Counted from the whole stretch's first letter, positions 1 to 13,273 are shown. The stretch: 63,026 nt of DNA, filler included, from Folioceros fuciformis (GCA_049999805.1; 9 parts of 9 records of this genome joined end to end with filler, not necessarily neighbours in it); one strand, 5' to 3'. Program-made: numbers and translations. The notes: generated by a model not told the origin, from the sequence alone.

Positions 1-16
1 TAGATTTAAAATTGAA

Positions 17-98
17 GGAGGAACAACCTCATTAGGGCCAAAGGCAAAAAGAAGTACGTACCTCTTTTTGCCTTTGGCCCTAATGGGGTTGTTCCTCC
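17..98. repeat. Near-perfect 82-bp palindrome/hairpin, copy 1
   Basis: Arm 17-56 (ggaggaacaacctcattagggccaaaggcaaaaagaagta) is the reverse complement of 59-98 with 2 mismatches; centre is TACGTA. Confidence 0.9.
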
Positions 99-417
99 AA
101 ACTTTGGAGTAGATGGCACTTTCCATCTCCTTTTCAATCATAGAAATACTGCATCCTAATCTTAATCTTCATCTTCATGTTGTTCTTGTTCTTCATGGTG
201 AATCTATTTCGTGCTTGATTGTTTGTTTTTGTTTTCATTTTGTTTTCTGCTTTTTATTTTGTTCTATGCTTTGAATTAATCTTTATCTTATTGTTTTATG
301 TCTTTATCTTTATAGATNNNNNNNNNNNNNNNNNNNNNNNNNNNNNNNNNNNNNNNNNNNNNNNNNNNNNNNNNNNNNNNNNNNNNNNNNNNNNNNNNNN
401 NNNNNNNNNNNNNNNNN

Positions 418-550
418 AGGAACAACCTCATTAGGGCCAAAGGCAAAAAGAAGTACTCTCCCCTTCTTGCCTTTGGCCCGAATGGGATTGTTCCTCCAAT
501 CTTTGGAGTAGATGGGACTTTCCATCTCTTTTTCAATCATAGAAATATTG
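418..550. repeat. Diverged second copy of the 17-150 hairpin-containing unit
   Basis: Same left arm, a more diverged right arm, and the same downstream ctttggagtagatgg...ccatctc...ttttcaatcatagaaata sequence. Confidence 0.85.
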
Positions 551-639
551 TATCATATATATAGAGAGAAGTAATTTACAATATGGAGTTAACGCTAATC
601 CAGATTATGATGTATGATGCTCTATATTGCTTTAGGATG

Positions 640-755
640 TGTTAGCTATGGTTATGGGATATTGTCTAGTTAGTTATGATTATGAGATATTGTCTAGTTA
701 GTTATGGTTATGGGATATTATCTAGTTAGTGATGGTTATAGGATATTGTCCAGTT
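640..755. repeat. ~28-bp tandem repeat, about 4 copies
   Basis: Unit approximately gttatggttatgggatattgtctagtta, repeated. Confidence 0.8.
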
Positions 756-2613
756 GTAGGGCCTAAGACTTTAGGACAGGATAGTGTGAGTTTAGGATGG
801 GATATTCTTTAGTTGCATGATAGCAATGTATAAAAAAGGCACGGCTTCCAATATTGAAGACGAGTAGAATAAAGACTTTGACAGACTAGTTGGATATAAA
901 AGAGGGTTTGAGATATAAAAGGTTAGCGTAGAGACTTCGAACATAAAAGGCTATGGCAAAAGCTTTAAGGATGCTCATCTATTCCTTCTCTCAAAAAGTG
1001 CTCACAACCTTTTCTTGACCTTAGTGCAAAAAGAGAGAGAGAGAGTTATAGAGAGCATGGAGAGCAAGCTTCTCAAAGAGAGTCAAAGAGCAGCAGTGAG
1101 TTGAGTCAAAGGGCAAAAGTGAGTAGGGTGTAGATGAGTTTCAATTGCTATATCTTATTGTAAGTATTCTTGAATAACATGTCAATAAGGTTGTATGCCA
1201 ATCAAATTGACAACAAGCTACTTGGAGCTTGGTGCTAGAGTGTACAGCAACCTACTTGTACTCTTGTGCAATGAATAGACAAGGTTGGAGGGGAGGTGGA
1301 TGCTTTCTTTTGATAAATAAGTAACTCAACACATTTTGTACGCAATCTATTTTCTAATGACTTTTAGGCTACTAATCTCCAACTCCCTATGCCACATTAT
1401 GATGATGCCCTACCGAGCATACTAGAAGAAGAAGAATCTATCCTCTTCCTCTTCACTAAGCTCAACATTGATGCTAGTTGTTATGCTAGAAGTTGGACGT
1501 TGGAATCAATCTATATTTTGTTGTGTGTTCTTAACTTTATCCACGACCCAACAAATATTATGGCATTGCTTGCATCACAATCTAATAGTATGGAGGCATT
1601 GTAACGGAAACGAATATTTTCAATTGAGGATATGGAGGTAGGTGTATCTCTCTATGGCAACTCCCGTAAGTTGAGTTTGCGTTGATCTTTAAGTGTTCGT
1701 AAAGTAAGTATGCTGGAGCTTAAGTTTGTGCATGCAGTTATGGACTATGCAGCCCATAATATGAATTGCTACTATACAGTCGTCACTTAGAGGGTATTGG
1801 AAATATGGGAGATCCATCATTCTCCAAGGTGAAAGAAAAACAATGGGGGCACTCTTCATTGGATCCTTAATTGGCTGACATAAATAATGAATTAGTGCAT
1901 GTACATGCATTTTTCATGGATGACATATTGGGCACATGCATCTTGATGGATGATATATTGGGTAGTCATAGAAGAACATAAGAGGTAGGTCTTGCTGAGA
2001 CAAATGTTCATCGTCATTGTACCTTATGCATGCCTCTACAAATATTTTGAGGCACGATGTGATGTGCATGGGCACAAGCATCCACAAAAGGACATATGTA
2101 TGGACATCTATATGTGATCTAAGCCTCTACCCCGTACAAGTATACATAAAGGCTTAAAAGCAAGATGGAGTGCTTTCCTTGCCTCCGCAAAGTGTGTATG
2201 TACATAACAACATCAATATGCATCGCTTTTAAAAAGACGGCGACATGTACAACCTTGGCGTGCAAGACATGCATTGCACTATGACTTCTTACCAGTCTCC
2301 TTGAGGACAAAACAGAACGACAATATTCATCCAATAGCTCGGCGTGCAAGATATTCATGGCACTTTGTCTACTTTCAAAGCGTCAACAAAGTACGTCTGA
2401 AAAGGATATTCATTGCACTACAATGATGTACCCTTTGTGCATGATACAATCTGCTTTCCTCCTTTCCTGGAGATGGCCCATGAAGTACTTTGTAGCGTTG
2501 ACGGAGTACCTACTCTTATCTGGAAAATGTTCATGCACTTGTGCTTGTGCTTGTTTGTCCAAGCTTGTCCATGAGATAGAAGTGAAAGGAACTTGGATGT
2601 AGAGGATGAAGAG

Positions 2614-2706
2614 TTTTACTTACCAGCCATGAGACGAAGGGAAGCAACTCTTAAGGAAGTTTTACTTACCAGCCATGAGACGAAGGGAAGCAACTCTTAA
2701 GGAAGT
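2614..2706. repeat. Direct tandem duplication of ~47 bp
   Basis: ttttacttaccagccatgagacgaagggaagcaactcttaaggaag occurs twice in succession. Confidence 0.9.
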
Positions 2707-2731
2707 ATGCCGAAGGCCCATTGGATTAAGG

Positions 2732-2872
2732 AAACAATGGGGTCAAAGACATGCATTGAAACAATGCGGTCAAAGACATGCATTGGAACAATGGGGTCAA
2801 AGACATGTATTTGAACAATGGGGTCAAAGACATGCATTGGAACAATGGGGTCAAAGACATGCATTGAAACAA
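2732..2872. repeat. 27-bp minisatellite, about 5 copies
   Basis: Unit approximately gaacaatggggtcaaagacatgcattg. Confidence 0.9.
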
Positions 2873-3416
2873 CGCTTTGGCTTCCCGGTGCGAGTGGGAG
2901 TGTGGCAGAGTGAGAGTGAGGGTGCGAGTGCAAGTGAGTGATGAGCAGTGTAGATGGAAGGCGGCTACGAGGGCATTAAGATTAGGGAGGAACGGAGGGG
3001 AATGAGACGCGAGTCGGGGAAGTGAGGTGTGTGTCTTGTCTTGTGCGGGATGCTGGGGTGGAACTGGTTATGGGGCTCGTCACCTGTGCACTGCTGTCCG
3101 GAGGGGAACTGTAAAAAGTTGCTGTTAATCTGGGCTTGTCGGAAAGCCTAGCTGGTGCGCGTTAGGGGAGACGCCAGGAATCCGGGGCCCTTTGAAAAGG
3201 GAAAGAAAGCCAATGGGAAGCCCAGGCCTGGCCGCCGTTCCGCCGTGCCCGTGCCCGTGCCCGTGCCTCTGCCTTTGCCTCTGCCCCTAGCCCTGGCCCT
3301 GCCCGTGCCGCCGGGAAGCTGGGAGAAGCATTGCGTGTAGTCCGACGGTTTCATGACCAGGTGGCCCGAGCGGAGCGTGGAGTGTGAGAGTGTGCTGTGG
3401 GTGTAGACTGTAGTGT

Positions 3417-3516
3417 NNNNNNNNNNNNNNNNNNNNNNNNNNNNNNNNNNNNNNNNNNNNTTAATTAATTAANNNNNNNNNNNNNNNNNNNNNNNNNNNN
3501 NNNNNNNNNNNNNNNN
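3417..3516. other. Artificial scaffold linker N44-TTAATTAATTAA-N44
   Basis: 12-mer with stops in all six frames, embedded in Ns. Confidence 0.97.
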
Positions 3517-5750
3517 CAACAGGAGAATGGGATAACGGGGGGTGTGGATTCCTGGAATCCGATGCAAACAGGGGTGCAACGGGGCGCACTCACAGGCCAT
3601 GCTCAGGCATCTTTGCCTGACACGAAACGGCGACTTCTGGAGCCAGCACATTCTCCCACACCATGCCCACCAGGGTTTTGCAGACATTGCAGTGCGCACT
3701 CTCAGTGTGGCTCACACCAACCAGTCTGGTGCATCATGGGTGGCCCCGGCCCCCGGCAAGCTGCATGGGAGGCTTGGCCATGGACTGCTGATGCCTCCTA
3801 GTACAGCGTGATGGCGGTCTCGTCAGGCCTTGTGTAACGCGTTAGGGATTGATGACTTCTCGCTTGCAACACTCTCATCGCTTTGCCCATGCAGGATAGG
3901 GTTTCCCGGTTTTGGGTACAGCACAAGCCAGACAGGCCCGGGGCCAACGGGGCCGCGTCCATGCCTAGGGTACAGCACATCCGGTGTTTGAGAGCAGCTG
4001 GCCCTGTTGACCACGGACAAATTAGGGCAGCGAGGCAGGCTGGCAGACGGACAGGGAAAACCAAGCGCAAGAGCACAGGGAGGAGGAGGGAGGAACGTGC
4101 GCCCTGCGCACTGCGGGAGCCTGCTGCCCAGCATGGAACTGACCACCTCAGCGGAAGTACAATCCTGGGCCCTGATCTCGGATACGATACGCATCGCGTC
4201 GTCCACCGCCCCTTTTAATACCGCCCTGATTGGCATCAACCCCTATTTATGGCCACTCGCGAGCCTCGACACCCAATGCCTGCAGTTTCATGCTGGACTT
4301 ACTGCACAAGCAAAGCTTAAAATTGCTGGGTCCGATTTACAGTCCCGGGGGATGGTACGTCCAGGATCTTGCACGTCTCTTCACCTTATCTCTGCATCTC
4401 CACACATGGTACGCACTCCATCCACAATGTCTGTATGTATGTATGTGATGAGTAGTAAGTCACCCACTCTCTACGTCCTTTCTAACCTTGATGCACTTTT
4501 ACATCGGATGAGGATCTCCTCACACGCTTGCCACTGCTGAAAGCTGAGGACTGTCGAGCAGTTGCACCATGCGGGTAGATGGACATTGGCAGAGGGAAGA
4601 GCTTAGCCAGCCTAGTGGCCGAAACAAGGCATCCGACTTTCCTTCAGCTTACAAATACCGAGGAACAGTTACAAGGTACATAGTATTCATTTCAGCGAGG
4701 CCAACCCCATGTGGAAACCCTATGGAGCCTCCGTCTGAGTCAAAATGCCGATCAGAGGTGCACTTGCAGGTCCACTTGCATCCCTTAGGAAGGACTGACC
4801 TCTGCTGCATTTTAACTTTAGAAGTAAGTAACTTACGAGCGTGATCCTGCCCTTCTCTCGGTCGTTAGACTAATCCTACGTGAAATGTTCAAGACACTGT
4901 ACGTGGCGGATGATTCCCAAAACCGAGGGTCGAATCGTGGTAAGGTACGACATCTCCGAAGCTGTGATCAGGAAAGGGTGGCCAATGTGACATTTGATTG
5001 CCTTCTCCAAAATTTCAAATTTCCGAATTTCTGGCTCTGCGGTCTTGGCTAGCGTGAGATCGAGGCCGACGGAGGAGCTTGCAGCTTTGGGGATTGTGCC
5101 TACCTAGGCTCCAAATAAACTGCAGGCTTGAAAAACAGGGCATCAGCTCTAACCTGTCTTTTCTCAACAACTCTGGCGAGGTTCGTGCAATGTGAAAGGG
5201 TACGATGAACGTTCCCTATGACCAAGATGTCATGTGCAATCCTCAAGCCAAATGTCACACGTACCCTGGATGCGTTTTCGCAGGTGCAAACCTTTGGGCA
5301 CAGGTCAGCTCTCGAAGGTGAGCGCTTCCAGTCATGGGGCCTGAGGTAAGAATCCACGAGTTCCTGATTCACATGCTTCACGCAGCTTGTATCGCGCAGA
5401 CCTCGAGTGGGGCAGAATCACTGAGCCCTCGTAGACTTATCGCTCAGCCATCATCGGCAGGCGTAAATTGCATCACTCCCGCTCCCCTTGACAAACTACT
5501 CGGAGCATGATCACTGGGCACAACAATTCTGCCCATGGTTCAGGAAGGTTTCCAGAATTCTGTGTCCCTCACAAAAGTTGCAGTGACCAGAGGAAATAGA
5601 ATCACAATGGCGCCTGCACGACAAGCCAACTTTAACAGAATACTGGGAAGTGTTGGGTACATTGGGACCAGAACAAATCGGTGATCAGCTGTTGTTCAGT
5701 CGCCTCCAAGTATCCACAATGAAAACAGGATATCAAGAGCAGCCTTGACC

Positions 5751-5962
5751 ATACTCTTCACTACACTTTTTTCTTTTTTCATTCAATGACTCCGTGCGAG
5801 ACTAGTATTTTAAAATATTGGCTACTCTTCACTAGACTCTTTTTCCTTTCTCATTCATGACTTGGCGTGAGACTATTATTTTAAAATATTGCCTATTCTT
5901 CACTAGACTCTTTTTCTTTTTTCACGGAATAACTTGGTGCAAGATTATTGTTTTGAAATATT
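5751..5962. repeat. ~70-bp imperfect tandem repeat, 3 copies
   Basis: tactcttcacta(g)actctttttc...gagacta(t)tattttaaaatattg recurs three times. Confidence 0.75.
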
Positions 5963-6768
5963 TCCTATGATTGGGACCGCTCTCTTAGTATTAACGTTCA
6001 CCCTTGTGTGTAGTTTTTCCCATGGGAGAGCTCTTGAGAGGAGAAATAGAAGGTTGTGTTTATCCTTTTCCCAACTCAAGGATATGAATATTGCTAACCA
6101 TAGATTAAATAAGCCATTTTCGGAAGGAGGAGTTTGTAGAGGACAATGCTGTAAAGTGTATGGAATATCGATGTGGACAGGGACTATAGACTTTTTTTTT
6201 TTTTAATATGTATTTCATACGCGAATATTATGTGGCATCTAAGGAATATTCTTCTACTCTGCGTCACCACGTCATCCAACCCTACCAAAAAAAATTTTAA
6301 ATACCTCTAACGTCTTTGTGGAGCGAAAGGGACACAACATTTTTCTTCATTTTGGTTCATACATAGTGTCTTTTAAAATGTTAAGATTCGTTTACGACTG
6401 TTTCAGGTAACACAACGTTTCGGGACAATCGGGAGGGTGCTTCATCGTGATGTGGGGATATACTCAGAATGGGAAGAGAGAGGTGGGTTTATAGTTGTAT
6501 GGTTAGATGGGGCAACAAGGTATGATCCCAGACGATTGAGCACATGTCACCGCATTGCATTGAAGGCTTGCAGTACCATTGCAGACACGGGGAGTAGGAA
6601 GGGCGAGGATAGCTTGCTGGTGAGGAGGCAGTGGTCGGAAAATGTTACAAGCATCCACACATATGTTTNNNNNNNNNNNNNNNNNNNNNNNNNNNNNNNN
6701 NNNNNNNNNNNNNNNNNNNNNNNNNNNNNNNNNNNNNNNNNNNNNNNNNNNNNNNNNNNNNNNNNNNN

Positions 6769-6836
6769 GGACGGACAAGGTTGAGGATGGACGGACAAGG
6801 TTGAGGATGGACGGACAAGGTTGAGGATGGACGGAT
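6769..6836. repeat. 20-bp tandem repeat running into an N-gap
   Basis: (ggacggacaaggttgaggat) x3 or more. Confidence 0.9.
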
Positions 6837-7553
6837 TCGAAGCAACCATTCTCGTGAGCATGCGCATATGCTGAATGAGGAAGCTTGGAGGATGCCAAGA
6901 GGGTGTTTGAAGAAACGGGTGACGAAGAAGTGATGTTCTGGACAGCCATGATATTAGCGTATGTGCAGCTGGAGAACTGACTTCGTTGCTTGAGCCCACT
7001 TGCGCCTCTACCAAATCCAGCATTCCTACAACGTGGGTGGAAATCCAATTTGCGGCAGATATTTGGAGCTCATAATTACAAACTTGGAAGAAGCTGAAAA
7101 TAAGAAAGGTTCATTGAACTTGTAGGAGATCGCCATTACTGCAGCACCAACGAGAGAGCCTCTAACCTGCCTACGACCCTGCACGCCACATGCATGCCTA
7201 CCTGCCTAGACCTCCATCTCTAGACCCTACATGCCACATGCACACTTCTGTCCAATGCCTTAGGGGCGTGTGTGTTGTGGGGTGAGACTGTGTGTAGGTT
7301 TGCCAAGCCCTCATGGGCTGTGAAATAAGTGTGCCCATTTCATTCCCCATTTGTTTGTCCCTTTGTCCTCTTCACATCGCATGGCAAGGAAGGCAAGAAG
7401 GAACGTCCCCTTGTACATTGGAGTGGCGAAAACTCTGACGGTTAGGGGTGTGCATGGAGGCCGAAAGAAGCCCTAACTAACTAAAGAAAAAGAATAAGTG
7501 TGAGTGGAGGAGACGGACCGGGACGCGAGGGATAATTCAACCCTCGATCCAAA

Positions 7554-7666
7554 CTCTATCTATGGAATACCGATATGGAAAGAGGTTCTTTCACAGAAAT
7601 TTTAGGGCCAAGCTCTATCTATGGAATTTCGATAGGGACAGGGGTTCTTTCACAAAAAATTTAGGG
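7554..7666. repeat. ~59-bp direct tandem duplication
   Basis: ctctatctatggaat..cgata.gga.a.g.gttctttcaca.aaa.tttagggc occurs twice. Confidence 0.75.
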
Positions 7667-8172
7667 CAGCTATTTTAACAAATGGAATGAGGCTAGCTAG
7701 CTGTCATTTGTAGTCTTCAATTTTGAACAAATGGCAACCCCAAAAATTGTACTAAAGGCTTTCTCCAAGAATGGGTGGCTCAAAGGATAGCTTAGGTAGA
7801 ATTTTAATCAGATAGATATCCTTAAGGTTGAAATTAATTTTATAAAACCTCATATACTTTTTAATCCACCTCATGAGGAGGATGCCTGCAGTAACGGGAT
7901 CCTTCTAGAATTTCATACGCAGGTGCTCGCGAAGGGGCCTAGAATTGGCACGGACTGGCATTGGACAAGCTTCCACATTTTTGAGGGGCCCTCCAGAATA
8001 GTTTCTTGTGCATAAAGGACACCGTGGAGCGGCTAAGGGGTTATTCGCGTTCTTTTGTTGAATCTGGCTCCACAGGTTGCGCATACCTCAGATCTGGTTG
8101 CCCTCATTTCTGTCACATATCGGAGTTCCTGGTTGGACGGGAGATAGTTCTAAAGGCTAGAAGAATCTCTGC

Positions 8173-10604
8173 ATGGATTACGAACTGCGGGCTGCAAAAG
8201 AGAAGTGGGAACGTGAACAAAATGAGAAGAAAGAAAAGGCTAGGCAGCGGATCGAGAGAGAAAGGAAGGCAAGGGATGAAGCAGCTGCACGGCAGCAGGC
8301 GTTAGAAGTTGCGCAACGGCAGAGACGCTTGGATGATGCGGCTGCGGCCTTAGCTGTAAGAATGATCCCGCTTGTTGCGTGCTTGGAGACTACAGGCTGG
8401 CAGGGTTTGGGAAGTCTGTTAGCAGGCTTTAGGGCTTTCCTTGGGGGACATTGTTTGGCTTAGTTGCGGCCATGAAGGCCTCGTGGGTGGCTGTTTGATG
8501 GAATTTTGTCGCTCACGCAATTGTGCAGGCGAGACAGCAGGAGGAAGAGGATGTGCGGGAGGGGGATGGTGTCGTTTTCAGAAAAATTTTGACTGCCGTG
8601 AAATGCACCAGAGACGGGGATAAAATCAGGTTGCCAACTTCTGCTTTTCAGGAACTTTCCGGCCAAAATGCTTTGGATAAAGGACCCATGTTCTTTGAGG
8701 TATCGGCAGCCTCGGCAAGGCAGCCGCAGGAAGCTCGTGTTGGACCTGACGGGGTGGAGAGTGACCGGGGGTCGTCTACTGAAGGAGATGCAGACTTCCG
8801 CAAGGGGACTCACGCTGGTGTGCTGGAGTTCACGGCTCCAGAGGGGTTTGTGGAGTTGCCTTCGCATGTGTGGCTCAATTCAGGCCTGTCTGAGACAGAG
8901 GAGAAGCCTTCGGTCAGGGTTCGATATATCAGGCTCCCCAAGGCAACATACGCGAAGTTACAGCCTGAAGGCCTGGATTTCGGACATGTTTCCAATCATA
9001 AAGCTGTATTGGAAACAAAGCTTCGTCAGCACACGGCACTTTCTGTCGGTGACCTGCTAGTTGTACAGCATGGTGGATTCAGTTATAACCTTCGTATACT
9101 GGAGTTGAAACCTGACAGACAAGTTTCCGTTCTAGAGACGGATTTGGAAGCTGATGTCCTGCCACCAGACGGCTCTGGGAAAGACTCGCAGAGCAGACTG
9201 GTTTCACTCCCTGTAGGTAAGCCTGTTTTTGGTGTCGTGGAGGAGGAAAAATTCAATTACTATACATTCGTGGTAGATCAAAAGCTAGCTGAGGCAGTGG
9301 CTGCCGGGGAGGCGAATGTGACGTTGCATATGGAAATGGAGGGTGAAGGACAGGATGCAGATGCTGATATTTATGTGGCAGCTCACCCGACCCTGTTTCC
9401 CACCCAGCACCAACATCAGTGGTCCTGTAACGACTTGGGCTCCAAGACCATCAGTTTGACCTCTTCGGAGACAGCCTTAGCTGCTGGAGCCTACAGTGTC
9501 GGAGTATATGGATTCCGAGGATCCGCAAAGTACAAGCTTCAGGTGGAGGCAAGTGTCTCGAAAGAGGGAAAACCACAGGGTCACAGGCTCTCTTCGGATC
9601 AGCGTAGAGCTTCCAGTTCAAGTGCTGGTCCAAGCTCCTCAAATGTTGAGCAATGTGGGAACTGCAAGCAATGGGTTGCAATTCAAACCAAATCATTGCA
9701 TGAGGCGTATTGTTGGAGGCATAATGTGGTCTGTAGTCATCAGGGATGTGGGGTGGTCTTGCGTAAAGAGGAGATGTACAAGCATGTGCATTGTGAACGA
9801 TGCCACGAGGCTTTTACCAGGGAGGAGTTAGAAAAGCATGTAAAAGTGTTTCACGAGCCTGCCGAGTGTCAATGCGGTGCCGTGCTGGAGAGGAAGGAAA
9901 TGGTATGTTTGGTTTGCTTTGTTTATGTCGGGACGCAGATTGATCTTGGGACTGTATGCTGTCATAGATGATGAACTGGTATGTAGAAACTGTGGCTGCC
10001 CTTGTCTCACTACGGAATGTCTTTTCGGCAGGTCGTTCACCAGGCTAGTGTGTGCCCACACCGTCTGATAAGTTGCAGGTTTTGTGGTGACATGGTCCAA
10101 GCAGGCGGTAGTCCAGAAGATACGCGAGATAAGTTACGAGGACTGTCCGAACATGAGAGTGCTTGTGGTTCCAGGACAGCAAATTGTGCTTTATGCGGTA
10201 GAGCTATTATGCTGAAAGAGATGGATCTGCACGTAGCAGCGGCGCACTCTGGAAAACCAGCCGAGGCCCCAGGGAGCAGGCAATCTGTGATCCAGAGTTT
10301 GCCTCGGTCTACTCCTGCTGAAGCGGTGTCCGCTGAAGAGCCGTTAGAGCGCTCTCCCTCTGTGGAGTGCCCAATTTGTGCGGAGAGATACAGTGGGTCA
10401 GACGCGGAGCTGCAGCTGAATCTACATCTGGACAGGGAACATTTCTTTGCTCAAAGCAGGGAATCCATGGATGTAGATGGTGCGCCTGTTGATCAACCGG
10501 ATGGCTACTCTGGTCGGAGGTCTCTCTCAGTGTCCTGTCCCATATGTGGGATGGCTGTTCACAGTGAACGTGATTTAAGCTCCCATATCGATATGGTTCA
10601 CTGA
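8173..10604 (+). CDS. UFD1-domain protein with C-terminal TRAF-type/C2H2 zinc fingers (plant At4g15420-like); exons 8173-8355, 8529-9902, 10032-10604
   Basis: UFD1 motifs GDKIRLPTSA, THAGVLEFTAPEG, LPKATYAKLQP, HKAVLETKLR, VSVLETDLEAD. Many CxxC/H fingers. Two phase-0 GT-AG introns join the three ORFs in frame. Confidence 0.9.
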
Positions 10605-11323
10605 TGACTCTCGTCTCTCTTTTGTGCTCACCTCCACGAACAACTCGAGGAGCCTGAAGCCAGCCATGATTTATTGGATGTGGGCGGGGGCTCCCCGATT
10701 TTAAGGTGTTGCACGTGGAAAGGAAAAATTTCTTGGGACAAAGCAAGGTTTCCGTGGATGGGTATTGCTTGTCACGATTGGACTGGCTTCTCTGTTCCTT
10801 GCTGTCCCAGGTTTCTGATTGGGTACTGTCCCATACATTTGTAGCGTTGCACACGTGGGACGGTTGTGTCAACTGGATTTGACCTCCCAGGTCGATTTGC
10901 TTCACTGTTGGCTGTTTATCCCCCGGAACGCTCTTGCCCCGAACAACTTGAGCAGTTTGAAGCACGAGTTCCGCGTTGCGTAGAGTGGTTTGTTATGATA
11001 CTGATTCTCAAAGTCACTTATCAAATACTTTGCTAATGTACCGATTGAAGATATAAATATTCTTCGTTATTTAAGTGCAAAATCTTCTCTGTTACTTAAG
11101 TGCAAAATCCGAAGATCTCTGCGCAGAACAACCCGTTAAGCCATCATCAACATGGGGTTTGACAAAGCCCTTATTTCTTGTCTATATTAGTCTTATATTA
11201 ATCTTATTAATAATTTTTCTGTCAAAGCGACACTCTCCACGAGGTATCTACCCGAATATTTCCTTTTGATGCTTATATTTTTCCATTTATTTTGGACACA
11301 TAAAAAACACCACAACTCTTCGT

Positions 11324-11421
11324 TTTCATGTTCACACTCTGTAAATTTTTCATGTTCACACTCTGTAAATTTGTCATACAAATTTCATGTTCACACTCTG
11401 TAAATTTGTCATACAAATTTC
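11324..11421. repeat. Short tandem repeat of 25-35 bp units
   Basis: ttcatgttcacactctgtaaattt(gtcatacaaat) x3. Confidence 0.8.
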
Positions 11422-11435
11422 GGTTCCCTAGGGTT

Positions 11436-11535
11436 NNNNNNNNNNNNNNNNNNNNNNNNNNNNNNNNNNNNNNNNNNNNTTAATTAATTAANNNNNNNNN
11501 NNNNNNNNNNNNNNNNNNNNNNNNNNNNNNNNNNN
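11436..11535. other. Artificial scaffold linker
   Basis: N44-TTAATTAATTAA-N44. Confidence 0.97.
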
Positions 11536-11937
11536 GTTCATGCCAGCCAAGCAATCAGCCAGCCTATCGTCAGACCCTGACACACCCATATACCCCTTCC
11601 TATGTTCAAACCATTATTATATTATTTTTATTATTTAATATTATTATATTATTATTTAATTATTTAATATTATATATCTTTAACTAATATTAAACTAATC
11701 ACCCAACCCTATGGCCTGGTACCGAACCTAAACCTTCCCAGCTCTGGGACCAAACCTATACCCACTCTTATAACCAAACCCACTATTTCTTGGTCAATTA
11801 ACCCAATTAGCACAAAGAAAAATAGGAAAAATGACCANNNNNNNNNNNNNNNNNNNNNNNNNNNNNNNNNNNNNNNNNNNNNNNNNNNNNNNNNNNNNNN
11901 NNNNNNNNNNNNNNNNNNNNNNNNNNNNNNNNNNNNN

Positions 11938-12664
11938 CTTTGGAGGTTCACACTTAGCTTGCTTCGTATAGAGGCAATGATCCTCATTGCTATGTTTGTA
12001 GCCTTAAGAAAGCATAAATGAGTGGAACTTGAAATACCACTCCCTGAGTGCCTACTTCAAACCATAAAGGCTCTTCTTTAACCTGCACACTAGACTCTCT
12101 TTGCCCTTCTCAATGAAACCCTCTGGTTGCTGTATGTATACCTCTTCCTAGAGATCACCATGCAAAAATGCCGACTTCACATCCATCTGGACAAGTTCCA
12201 TGTCGTGCCTCGCAACCAGACCAAGAACACATCGCAAGGTGGTCATTTTGACAGCTGGCGAGAAAATCTCATCAAAGTCAATACCTTGCTGTTGCTTAAA
12301 ACCCTTAGCAAGCAATCGTGCCTTGTACTTGGGTTTGCCATAATGGGGTATGTCCTTCATCTTATACACCCATTAACGTGGCAACGCCTTCTTGCTTCTA
12401 GGCAGCCAAACCAACTCCCAAGTGTGGTTCTTATGGAGCGAATCCATCTGCGACTGCATCGCCTTCTCCCACTTGTCCTTGTCAGTCACTAACATGGCCT
12501 CTTGGTAACAAGAGGGTTCCCCACAATCCATCAGCATGACATAATCAAGAGATGCAACATACCTGTCAGGAGGATGTGAAATCCTTCCTGACCTACGAAG
12601 CACTAGCGCCTCGACCAGAGCTGGTTGCACTCTCTCCTCTTGTACAAGTGGAGGAACTTGTTCC
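11938..12664 (-). mobile_element. Ty1/copia retrotransposon reverse transcriptase fragment, degenerate
   Basis: NHTWELV, YKARLLAKGFKQQQGIDFDEIFSP, QMDVKSAFLHGDL*EEVY, RLKKSLYGLK*; in-frame stops present. Confidence 0.95.
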
Positions 12665-12764
12665 NNNNNNNNNNNNNNNNNNNNNNNNNNNNNNNNNNNN
12701 NNNNNNNNTTAATTAATTAANNNNNNNNNNNNNNNNNNNNNNNNNNNNNNNNNNNNNNNNNNNN
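12665..12764. other. Artificial scaffold linker
   Basis: N44-TTAATTAATTAA-N44. Confidence 0.97.
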
Positions 12765-13273
12765 TTAGGCGCCTCGGCAGCAGCTGCTGCTGAGCCAGCC
12801 CCGCCTCCGCCACCCCCACCGGCCGATACAACAACGCCGCCCCCACCGCCACCAATGGATGCAAACCTCTCCTGCCCTAGAGCCAGGACTTCAGAAACGT
12901 CCCTCCCTTGGAAGGACTTAAAGAAGAGAGCTACTCTGTCATCCTCAGCCTCTGCACCGACTGCAAGACAAACGAAGCTCAACCCGACACCAGAGCAGTG
13001 GTGCAGCTCCAATTCAACTCAATCACAGCACACATGAGCCGACATAGCTACTCTGCGCCTCACGACTGCCGTATACCAAAAACGACATTACGCCTCATAC
13101 GAAGCCGGACACGGCTCCACTTCACACGGTGGCTGCTTTGCCTACAACAACAATCCGGCATCCCTATCAAACTTAAGAATCGCACCTGAGCTCAGAATGG
13201 CACCGATGTCTTTCTCTGTCGGCGAAGGGTTGCCCCCCAACAGCGCCAGAAGATACGCCGCCACCACCTTCAT
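12765..13273 (-). CDS. RPP2: 60S acidic ribosomal protein P2, 3' end cut off by scaffold end; exons 13273-13186 and 12960-<12765
   Basis: MKVVAAYLLALLGGNPSPTEKDIGAILSS/VGAEAEDDRV..., followed by a Gly/Ala hinge. A phase-1 GT-AG intron restores the frame. Confidence 0.95.

Noticed and set aside
2675..2941. ORF with QWGQRHALE repeats, and a possible CRISPR-like array
   Set aside because: A 27-bp head-to-tail minisatellite with no unique spacers. It stays open only because 27 is a multiple of 3.
10309..10965. 218-aa minus-strand ORF
   Set aside because: Antisense to the last exon and 3' UTR of the UFD1-like gene; no recognisable motifs.
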